Origin: Patescibacteria group bacterium | GTDB taxonomy: Bacteria; Patescibacteriota; Patescibacteriia; UBA10025; JAHIVO01 | Direction: 5' to 3' | DNA length: 64,000 bases | Assembly: GCA_041650915.1 (NCBI GenBank) | Contig: JBAZKE010000001.1 | Location: 315,284-379,283 of the forward strand | In this document: in pieces, positions 36,906 to 44,601 of the stretch | Numbering within the stretch: the stretch's first letter is position 1 | Layout of the letters: the number at the start of each line of letters is the position of its first letter | Made by a program: the position numbers and the translations under genes | The notes under the pieces: generated by a model | Told to the model about the DNA's origin: nothing | The model's input: the letters and a program-made list of their open reading frames with translations, nothing else | Database searches by the model: none

Positions 36906-39900
36906 ATGAGCACGTTCGATGCGCTGAATGAAGCCCAGAAAAAAGCCGTCACCTTCGGCAGCGGTCCGCTGCTGATCGTCGCGGGCGCGGGTACGGGCAA
37001 GACAACCGTGATTACCCAGCGGATCGCGTGGCTTGTCATGGAAAAGAAAGTTCCGACTGACGGCATTCTCGCGCTCACGTTCACCGAGAAAGCGGCAAGC
37101 GAGATGGAAGAGCGCGTTGACGTGCTGCTGCCGTACGGGTACGTTGATTTGTGGATTTTAACGTTCCATTCGTTTTGCGAGCGGATATTAAAAGATAATG
37201 CCCTGGAAATCGGCTTGCCGCCCGATTTCAAGCTTTTGAACGAAACTGACCAGGTCATGCTGGTCCGCCAGAACCTCGACGCATTCAACCTCGACTACTA
37301 CCGCCCTCTGGGCAATCCGACGAAATTCGTACAAGCCCTCGTCAAGCACTTTTCCCGGGCAAAGGATGAGAACGTGATGCCGGAAGAGTACGTCGAGTAC
37401 GCGGAAAACCTCAAGCTTGACCGGGGCGACGTCGACTATGCGAAAAAGCGGGGCGCTGGGGATGAGGAGTTTACCGAAGAACAGCGCATTCGGGAGGTGG
37501 CGAACGCGTACCACGTGTACGAGCAGCTGCTACTCGATAATTCGGCGCTCGATTTCGGCGACCTCATCCTGTACGCCATCAAGCTTTTCAGGACACGGCC
37601 GCGGGTGCTCGACCGGTACCGCAAGCAGTTCCGCTATGTGCTCGTCGATGAATTCCAGGATACGAATTACGCCCAGTACGAGCTCGTGAAGCTTCTCGCG
37701 GGGGACAGGCAGAATGTCACCGTCGTCGGCGATGACGACCAATCGATCTATAAGTTCCGCGGCGCAGCGATCAGCAATATCCTCGAGTTCAAGAAGGATT
37801 TCCCGAATTCCGCTGAGGTGGTCCTGGCCGAGAACTACCGCACGGTCCAGAATATCCTCGACGTATCATATGCCTTCATCAAGCAGAACGACCCGAACCG
37901 CCTGGAGTACCAGCTGTCGCAGGGCACGGTTGACCCGAAAGGCGCACCGCTCAAGCACAAGGTGAGCAAGAAGCTCCGGTCGGCGAGGGAGGGAGACGGC
38001 CCCCTCAGCCACCTCGCATTCAGGTCGCACCTCGAGGAGGCGTCGGGCGTCGCCAAGAAGATAGTCGAGATCAAAAAAAAGAACAAGAAGCTGCAGTGGG
38101 GGGATTTCGCGATCCTTGTCAGGGCGAATGCCCACGCGAACGAGTTCATCGCCGCGCTGTCGCGGCTCGAGATCCCGTACCAGTACCTTGCGTCCCGGGG
38201 GCTCTACGCGCAGCCGGAAGTCATGGACGTCATCGCGTACCTCAAGCTGCTCGATAACTACCACGAGAGCCCGGCGCTGTGGCGCGTTTTGAGTTTCGCG
38301 CACTGGGACCTGCCGATCGAGGATCTCATGGCCGTGTCGGCGTATGCGCGCCGCAAGAGCTTGTCGCTCTACGAGGCGCTCCGCACCGCGCGCGCCATCC
38401 GGGGGATCGGCGCCACGTTCGTCTCGAAAACCGAAAAAATTTTATCGATAGTCGAGGCGCACACCCAGCTCGCCAAAACCAAGCCAGTGCTGCCGGTCGC
38501 GCTGCAGTTCATGAAGGATTCCGGGTACCTCAAGGCGATGACGTCAAAAGACTCGCCGGAAAATCTCGAGAAGATCGTGCACCTGAACCAATTTTTCCGC
38601 ACGATCGAAACGTTCGAGACGGCGAATAATGACGGCAGTGTAAAAAATTTCCTGTACGAGTTTTCCCAGATCCAGGAAGCAGGCGATGAGGGCTCGATGA
38701 ACAAGCCATGGGAGGAGGGGCCGGATGCGGTCAGGATCATGACCATCCACGGGGCGAAGGGGCTTGAGTTTCCGTACGTGTTTCTCGTTTCGCTCGTCGA
38801 CAAGCGTTTTCCGACCGTCGAACGCAAGGAGCAGATCGAACTCCCCGATGCGCTCGTCAAGGAGATCATTCCCGAGGGGGACGTCCACCTGCAGGAGGAA
38901 CGCCGCCTGTTCTACGTCGGGATGACGCGGGCGCGCGACGGACTGTTCCTCACCTCCGCGGAAGATTACGGTGGCACGCGCAGGAAGAAGCCGTCCCGGT
39001 TTTTAGTCGAGCTCGGATTCGTGGAGCGGGCCGGTGCCGCGGAGAAGGCCGATCCTACAGAGCGGCTCATGCCGCCGGAACCCGCAACGCAGCAGGAGAT
39101 CAGGGACCTCTCATTCCTCCAGAAAGCAATACCGGCGCAAGCGAGCTTTACGCAGCTCAGGGCGTTCCAGACCTGCCCCAAGCAGTATAAGTACGCGCAC
39201 ATTCTGCGGCTGCCGGTCGAGGGGCGGCATGCGTTCAGCTTCGGCAAGTCGATCCACGGAGCCCTTTTCCGGTTTTTCACGCTGGTCAGGCAAGGCGGAG
39301 GAGCGAGCCAGTCCGATCTGTTCGGCGCCAAGAAGAAAAAGCAGTCCGTGCCGGCCGCTGACGAGCTCCTCGCATTGTATGAAGCTGAATGGGTTGATGA
39401 CTGGTATCTTTCCAAAGAGCACGCTGAGGAGTACCGCGCAAAGGGCGCGAAGCTGCTCCGTGAGTTTTATAATTCGCACAAAGGCACATTTCCCGTGCCG
39501 CTGCATCTCGAGCAGCCGTTCCACCTCAAACTCGGGGAGTATACGTTCAAGGGCGTGATTGACCGTATTGATCCGGCAGGGGAAAAGAATCAAGCTGAAA
39601 TAATCGACTATAAGACAGGCCAGCTCCCGAAAGGCGGCAAGCTGTCCCCGGACGACAAGCAGCAGCTGCAGATTTACGACCTCGCGGTGCGCGAAGTGCT
39701 CGGACTCGAGCCGACGCTGTTGAGCTACTACTATTTGGACGCGAATAAGAAGCTGTCGTTTGAATCCGATGAAAAGGCGTTGCGGGACATCAAAGCGCAG
39801 CTGACCAGCCAGATTCAGAGCATTCGTGCGAGCGAATTCAAGGCAACGCCGGGATTTTGGTGTAATAGTTGTGACTTTCGTGAGATTTGCGAGGACAGAT

Positions 39901-39911
39901 GGCGGGGGTAG
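36906..39911 (+). CDS. UvrD/PcrA-like SF1 helicase fused to a C-terminal PD-(D/E)XK nuclease with Fe-S cysteines (AdnB/AddA-like)
   Basis: AGAGTGKT, VDEFQD, VGDDDQSIY, TIHGAKGLEF, EERRLFYVGMTRA; GVIDRID...IIDYKTG; CP...C..C.....C. Confidence 0.93.
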   Translation: MSTFDALNEAQKKAVTFGSGPLLIVAGAGTGKTTVITQRIAWLVMEKKVPTDGILALTFTEKAASEMEERVDVLLPYGYVDLWILTFHSFCERILKDNALEIGLPPDFKLLNETDQVMLVRQNLDAFNLDYYRPLGNPTKFVQALVKHFSRAKDENVMPEEYVEYAENLKLDRGDVDYAKKRGAGDEEFTEEQRIREVANAYHVYEQLLLDNSALDFGDLILYAIKLFRTRPRVLDRYRKQFRYVLVDEFQDTNYAQYELVKLLAGDRQNVTVVGDDDQSIYKFRGAAISNILEFKKDFPNSAEVVLAENYRTVQNILDVSYAFIKQNDPNRLEYQLSQGTVDPKGAPLKHKVSKKLRSAREGDGPLSHLAFRSHLEEASGVAKKIVEIKKKNKKLQWGDFAILVRANAHANEFIAALSRLEIPYQYLASRGLYAQPEVMDVIAYLKLLDNYHESPALWRVLSFAHWDLPIEDLMAVSAYARRKSLSLYEALRTARAIRGIGATFVSKTEKILSIVEAHTQLAKTKPVLPVALQFMKDSGYLKAMTSKDSPENLEKIVHLNQFFRTIETFETANNDGSVKNFLYEFSQIQEAGDEGSMNKPWEEGPDAVRIMTIHGAKGLEFPYVFLVSLVDKRFPTVERKEQIELPDALVKEIIPEGDVHLQEERRLFYVGMTRARDGLFLTSAEDYGGTRRKKPSRFLVELGFVERAGAAEKADPTERLMPPEPATQQEIRDLSFLQKAIPAQASFTQLRAFQTCPKQYKYAHILRLPVEGRHAFSFGKSIHGALFRFFTLVRQGGGASQSDLFGAKKKKQSVPAADELLALYEAEWVDDWYLSKEHAEEYRAKGAKLLREFYNSHKGTFPVPLHLEQPFHLKLGEYTFKGVIDRIDPAGEKNQAEIIDYKTGQLPKGGKLSPDDKQQLQIYDLAVREVLGLEPTLLSYYYLDANKKLSFESDEKALRDIKAQLTSQIQSIRASEFKATPGFWCNSCDFREICEDRWRG

Positions 39912-39988
39912 TTTGCGATACAAGTTATTATAGGATAGAATAGGGATAGAAATGTAATAACCTTCCCCAAATAACTTTTGGGGATTTT

Positions 39989-40270
39989 ATGTACTGCGTC
40001 TATATCATTACGAATAAACGGAAGAATGTGCTTTACACCGGCGTGACGAGCAATATCGTTGGCCGCGTTCGCCAGCACAAGAATAAGGTGCTTCCCGGTT
40101 TTACCAGCAAATACCGCGTACAGCACCTCGTCTACTATGAGGAGTACCAATACGTGTATGATGCCATCGCACGGGAGAAACAGATCAAGGGCTGGCGTCG
40201 TTCGAAAAAGGAGACATTGATCAGGCAATTGAATCCGTCATGGAGTGATTTGAGTGTTGGCTGGCACTAA
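39989..40270 (+). CDS. stand-alone GIY-YIG nuclease (copy 2)
   Basis: Same motifs as copy 1; 60/93 identical residues by hand alignment; promoter TTGCGA-17-TAGAAT at 39913-39941. Confidence 0.93.
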   Translation: MYCVYIITNKRKNVLYTGVTSNIVGRVRQHKNKVLPGFTSKYRVQHLVYYEEYQYVYDAIAREKQIKGWRRSKKETLIRQLNPSWSDLSVGWH

Positions 40271-40272
40271 TG

Positions 40273-40393
40273 CTTGTCATCGCAAGCCCCCCACGTTTGT
40301 CATCCCGACCCGCCAATGGGCGGGGAGGGATCTCGGTAAAGAACACTATGCCAGTAACAGAGATGCTTCGACTTCGCTCAGCATGACAAGGGT
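40273..40393. repeat. second cluster of TGTCAT-tagged palindromic repeats
   Basis: + unit TTTGTCATCCCGA...GGGATCT (40296-333); - unit CTTGTCATGCTGAGCGAAGTCGAAGCATCT (40361-390); partial CTTGTCATCGC at 40273. Confidence 0.85.
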
Positions 40394-40466
40394 TGTTTTT
40401 GTTGCTTGCGTAATTGTTGGTGGGGGGTAGAATGAGGGTGCACATTAAATTTTATATTTACGAAAT

Positions 40467-40940
40467 ATGAAAATTCAAAAAAGTACAAGGCACTCAAAAA
40501 TAACTGGAAATTTTTGTGAAAGTGTCATTTTATATTGGTTATCAAAATATGGATTTGAGTGCGCAAACGTAGATCATACGGGCATTGATATTATTGCTCG
40601 TAATCCTCATACAAAGGAGGTTATGGGAATTTCAGTAAAAGGCAGAAGTAGAAATGAAGGAAAAGAAAAGACTTATGTCAGCATCCCAAATGATAATTTT
40701 GATAAAATTAGAAGGGCGTGTAAAGCGTTTAATTGTGTTCCATATTTTGCAATAGTTGTTGATGAAAAAGATAGAATATACTCATTCATTGTATCAATGG
40801 GGCATTTATTAAAATTATTTCCAGAAGGTAATCGCGTATGTGCGTGGAAAATGACAGAAAAACATATCGCACGATACAAGCAAGACTCCGAAATAATGTT
40901 TTTTGAATTTGATTATAAGACACTGAATTGGTGGGAATAA
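40467..40940 (+). CDS. AT-rich PD-(D/E)XK-superfamily nuclease-like protein
   Basis: GNFCE helix, GIDIIA, ISVKGR pattern of the restriction-endonuclease-like fold. Confidence 0.7.
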   Translation: MKIQKSTRHSKITGNFCESVILYWLSKYGFECANVDHTGIDIIARNPHTKEVMGISVKGRSRNEGKEKTYVSIPNDNFDKIRRACKAFNCVPYFAIVVDEKDRIYSFIVSMGHLLKLFPEGNRVCAWKMTEKHIARYKQDSEIMFFEFDYKTLNWWE

Positions 40941-40960
40941 ATTATTTTTACGATTGAAGT

Positions 40961-41641
40961 ATGCGAGAGCGTTTAACTATTATCGTTGCATTAACCTGCT
41001 GCGTGGTTTTATCTGGTTGTGCTATTCAGCAGACAAACGGTAATTCATCCACTAGCGTTAATACCAACTTCCCTGTCAACACCAACGCCACGCCAGTTGT
41101 AAATTCGAACACGAATACAGTGATCAATGCCACGCCAGTGGTAAAGGAGTTTATCTCACCGCTTGATAAGCCGGCGGAACGCATTACGAAAAAGCCGTTT
41201 GGCATTTACATCACGCCCACGGCGTCACCGGTTCAGCCGGAGAGGTTTTCTGGTTTTCACACCGGCGTGGATTTTGAAATTTTGGCAGGTGAGGAAGATA
41301 GTGACGTAGCAGTTACGGCAGGGTGCAGTGGTACGGTTCGAGATAAACAGCGGGTGAGTGGGTACGGCGGTGTGCTGGTGCAGGATTGCGTTTTAGCCGG
41401 CGAAAACGTAACTGTTTTGTACGGCCATTTGAATTTGGATAGCATAACCATTTCAGTGGGTGATACGCTGCATCAGGGGGATTTGATAGGCAATCTTGGC
41501 ACGGGGTATAGTACCCAGACGGATAATGAGCGCAAGCATTTGCATGTGTCGGTACACAAAGGAACGGGCGTAAATTACAAAGGATATGTGAGTTTAGAAT
41601 CAGCGCTTGAGGATTGGATCGACCCGCAGGAATATTTTTAA
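40961..41641 (+). CDS. M23 family metallopeptidase lipoprotein
   Basis: Lipobox LSGC, Asn-rich linker, HTGVD, LYGHL, HLH, DP. Confidence 0.9.
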   Translation: MRERLTIIVALTCCVVLSGCAIQQTNGNSSTSVNTNFPVNTNATPVVNSNTNTVINATPVVKEFISPLDKPAERITKKPFGIYITPTASPVQPERFSGFHTGVDFEILAGEEDSDVAVTAGCSGTVRDKQRVSGYGGVLVQDCVLAGENVTVLYGHLNLDSITISVGDTLHQGDLIGNLGTGYSTQTDNERKHLHVSVHKGTGVNYKGYVSLESALEDWIDPQEYF

Positions 41642-41777
41642 CGAAAAAGTTTTTACTTTTCACCCGATACGGTATACAGTAGTAGTATGGTGGAACAAAT
41701 CGGTGGTCTACTCCAACGGACGTTACGCCAGGTCACCATGGCAATGGTTTGTAATTGTTAGATTGTATCTTTTTACT

Positions 41778-42071
41778 ATGCCCATAGCACTCAGAGATTT
41801 ACTGCCGGAGAGCCTGCGGAAAGCGGGCATTGCCAAAGAGGTGAATGCCGCGCGTGTGTGCAGCGAGTTTAATGTGATCCTGAAGGAGGTGCTCGGCGGG
41901 AAGGCAGCTGAGAAGGCGAACGCCATATACGTGAAAAACGGGACGCTTACCATCGCCGTTATGAGCTCGGTAATCGGCCAGGAGATCAAGCTGCACGAGC
42001 ACGAGCTGCTTCAAAAACTCGGGGAAAAGGTTGGTCAAAAAGCAGTTGAAAGATTGCGTTTTTTAGTGTAA
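41778..42071 (+). CDS. DUF721/DciA family protein
   Basis: L..LL...L...GI; 'VKNGTLTIAVMSSVIGQEIKL...LL..L....VERLRF'. ATG 41778 chosen. Confidence 0.8.
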   Translation: MPIALRDLLPESLRKAGIAKEVNAARVCSEFNVILKEVLGGKAAEKANAIYVKNGTLTIAVMSSVIGQEIKLHEHELLQKLGEKVGQKAVERLRFLV

Positions 42072-42198
42072 AAAAATAGCTTACATTAGCCAAAAAAAAT
42101 ACTACTTAAAATACTTGCGGCAGGGGTAAAAATATGCTAAAATGCGGGTAGGTTGGAACCTACTTTTTTAATACTTTTCCACCGCCTGTTAGCTACTT

Positions 42199-42582
42199 AT
42201 GTCGCTCAAGAAGTACCTCATCGTGATGACAACGGCTACGCTCGTATGCTGGGTCGCGTGGCTCGTTGTGCTCTATTATATCAATCCCATGGAAGCAGGA
42301 TTTGTCGGTTTTACCCTGTTTTACCTCACGCTGCTCATCGCGCTCATCGGCACGTTTTCGCTCATCGGATTTTTTGGCAGGGTGTGGTTTTCGAAAGAGC
42401 GGGTCATTTTCCGGCACCTCGGCATTTCCACCCGCCAGTCAATGTGGTTTTCGTTTCTGCTGATTGGGACACTCATCCTGCAGGGGACTGATTTTCTGCG
42501 CTGGTGGAGCGTGCTCCTCCTCATCGTGCTGCTCACCTTGCTCGAGTTTTTCTTTTTATCCAGGAAGGTCATGCGCCGGTAG
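42199..42582 (+). CDS. conserved 4-TM membrane protein
   Basis: Four TMs; YINP...FY..L...S.RQ...LILQ...LEFFF. Confidence 0.8.
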   Translation: MSLKKYLIVMTTATLVCWVAWLVVLYYINPMEAGFVGFTLFYLTLLIALIGTFSLIGFFGRVWFSKERVIFRHLGISTRQSMWFSFLLIGTLILQGTDFLRWWSVLLLIVLLTLLEFFFLSRKVMRR

Positions 42583-42587
42583 CAAAT

Positions 42588-43598
42588 ATGGAAGACGAAA
42601 TAAAGAAAATCCAGAAAGAAGCCCGCGCGAAGCTCGCAGCAGTTAAAAACCAAGCTGAACTCCGTGATTTTGAGGTTCTGTACCTCGGCCGCAAGGGCGA
42701 GCTCACCACTGTCTTGCGCCAGCTCAAGGGCTTGTCCGATATCCAGAAGCGGATGATCGGTACGGTCGCGAATAAGGCCAAGGGCGAGCTGGTGGCGGCA
42801 TTTGAGAAGAAGCGAAGCGAGCTCGAACAGACAGCCTCCGCATCGCTGACCACACTCGAGGCAACCTGGCCTGGAGCGGTTGAAAGCGCGGGGCGCCTCC
42901 ACCCGATTACGCAGTTCTTGCAGCGCGTCGAAGATATTTTCATCTCGATGGGATTTGAGGTTATTGACGGGCCGGAAGTCGAAACACCGCGGTACAACTT
43001 TGATCTGCTCAACATTCCCAAAGACCATCCGGCTCGGGATATGTGGGATACGTACTACGTCGAGCAAGGCCTTGTCCTGAGAACCCATACGTCTCCGGTC
43101 CAGCTCCGCGCGATGGAAAAACGCAAACCGCCCGTCAGATTGATTGCGCCCGGCAGGGTATTCCGTCATGAGGCGACCGACGCAGGACACGAAACGACAT
43201 TTTACCAGTGTGAGGGGCTTGTCATCGACCGGTGCATCACGGTGGCAAATCTGATACAGACCGTCGACCAGTTCCTGAAGGCGGTATTCGGCCCGCAGGT
43301 AAAGACCCGCGTCAGGCCAGAGCTGTACCCGTTCGTAGAGCCTGGCATTGATTTTGACATGCGGTGCTTGATCTGCGGCGGGGCGGGATGCTCGGTATGC
43401 AAGCAACGCGGCTGGCTCGAGACGCTCGGATCGGGCATGGTGCATCCGAAGGTGCTCAGGAACATGGGCGTTGACCCTGAGCAGTATTCCGGATTCGCGT
43501 TCGGGCTCGGCATTGACCGGCTCATGATGCTGCGCCACGGCATCAATGATATCCGACTGTCGTACAGCGGTGACTTTAGATTTTTAGAGCAGTTTTAA
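42588..43598 (+). CDS. pheS: phenylalanine--tRNA ligase alpha subunit
   Basis: LHP, HPARDMWDT, LRTHTSP, FYQCEG, PFVEP, GFAFGLGIDRL. Confidence 0.97.
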   Translation: MEDEIKKIQKEARAKLAAVKNQAELRDFEVLYLGRKGELTTVLRQLKGLSDIQKRMIGTVANKAKGELVAAFEKKRSELEQTASASLTTLEATWPGAVESAGRLHPITQFLQRVEDIFISMGFEVIDGPEVETPRYNFDLLNIPKDHPARDMWDTYYVEQGLVLRTHTSPVQLRAMEKRKPPVRLIAPGRVFRHEATDAGHETTFYQCEGLVIDRCITVANLIQTVDQFLKAVFGPQVKTRVRPELYPFVEPGIDFDMRCLICGGAGCSVCKQRGWLETLGSGMVHPKVLRNMGVDPEQYSGFAFGLGIDRLMMLRHGINDIRLSYSGDFRFLEQF

Positions 43599-43601
43599 TC
43601 T

Positions 43602-44600
43602 ATGGCAAAGCAACTTCCGAAATTTCTAGCAAACGTTTACGTCAACATCCGCGAGAGCAACGATCAGCTTCAACGCGAGTTTCTCGAGTGCCTGAAGAAT
43701 CGGGAAATCATTTCGAAGTTTTCGTACTGGGGCGAGGAGCCGACGCAGGCGTGGCTGCGGTTTTGCCGCGCTGCCGAGTACAAGACGTATCCGCAGGGAG
43801 TCTCTCTGCTGCGGAAGGTAAGCGCGGATATCGCCGATCGCGTGGGCGCTTCACGGGTTAACTACATAAGCCTCGGTGTCGGCAACGGCGAGAAGGACGC
43901 GATACTGCTGCAGTGGTTATATAAAACCTCGCGGCTGATACGGTATTACCCAATCGACATCTCGACCGACATGATCAAGGCGGGTTTGAATCACGTGTTC
44001 GCCCACTTTCGGAACTTGCCGACCACTGCGTTTGTGACCGATTTCAAGATTCTGGACGAGATCGCGCAGGCCGAGACGTTCCGTAGGGATCGCAACTTTT
44101 TCAGCCTCCTCGGGAATACGATGGGTAACTTCAACCAGGTGTCGCTGCTGAATATACTTCGGCACAGCCTGGATCGGAACGACTATTTGCTCGTCGGCGT
44201 CTCGACACGCCGGGAGCGGAGCCAGGAGACGAAGGCTGACGTTAACCGCATCATCAGAAGCTATAGCAACAAGGCGTCGAAGGAGTTTGCCTACAGCCCC
44301 CTGAAGAAGGCGGGTATCAAGAAATCCGACGGCGTGGTTGACGTCGAGTTCAACCGCGACCCGCTCTACCCGCGCCTCAACCGGGTCGATCTGTTCTTCT
44401 GCTTCCGCAAGAACAAAACGGCACACTACTGTGGCCAGGAGATCGTGTACCGGAAGGGGGAACGTATCCTGCTGTATTTTTCCGAGAAGTATTACCCGGA
44501 CGACCTCACGTTTCTGTTTCAGGATAATGGGTTCCGTATCGTCAAATTTTATCAGAATACAGAGCAGAGCTACGCAAAAATACTCTGCCGATTGAAATAG
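43602..44600 (+). CDS. EgtD-like (Methyltransf_33) SAM-dependent methyltransferase
   Basis: KFSY...EY, SLGVGNGEKD, YYPIDIS, LLGNTMGNF, LLVGV, S.KY match the EgtD/EasF family pattern. Confidence 0.82.
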   Translation: MAKQLPKFLANVYVNIRESNDQLQREFLECLKNREIISKFSYWGEEPTQAWLRFCRAAEYKTYPQGVSLLRKVSADIADRVGASRVNYISLGVGNGEKDAILLQWLYKTSRLIRYYPIDISTDMIKAGLNHVFAHFRNLPTTAFVTDFKILDEIAQAETFRRDRNFFSLLGNTMGNFNQVSLLNILRHSLDRNDYLLVGVSTRRERSQETKADVNRIIRSYSNKASKEFAYSPLKKAGIKKSDGVVDVEFNRDPLYPRLNRVDLFFCFRKNKTAHYCGQEIVYRKGERILLYFSEKYYPDDLTFLFQDNGFRIVKFYQNTEQSYAKILCRLK

Positions 44601-44601
44601 T

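Noticed and set aside
42321-43538. 405-aa minus-strand ORF, and similar ones at 14369-15163, 35002-36141, 47926-48891 and 57917-58915
   Set aside because: They are antisense to clearly identified genes (pheS, CYTH, PQQ dehydrogenase, gyrB, miaA).
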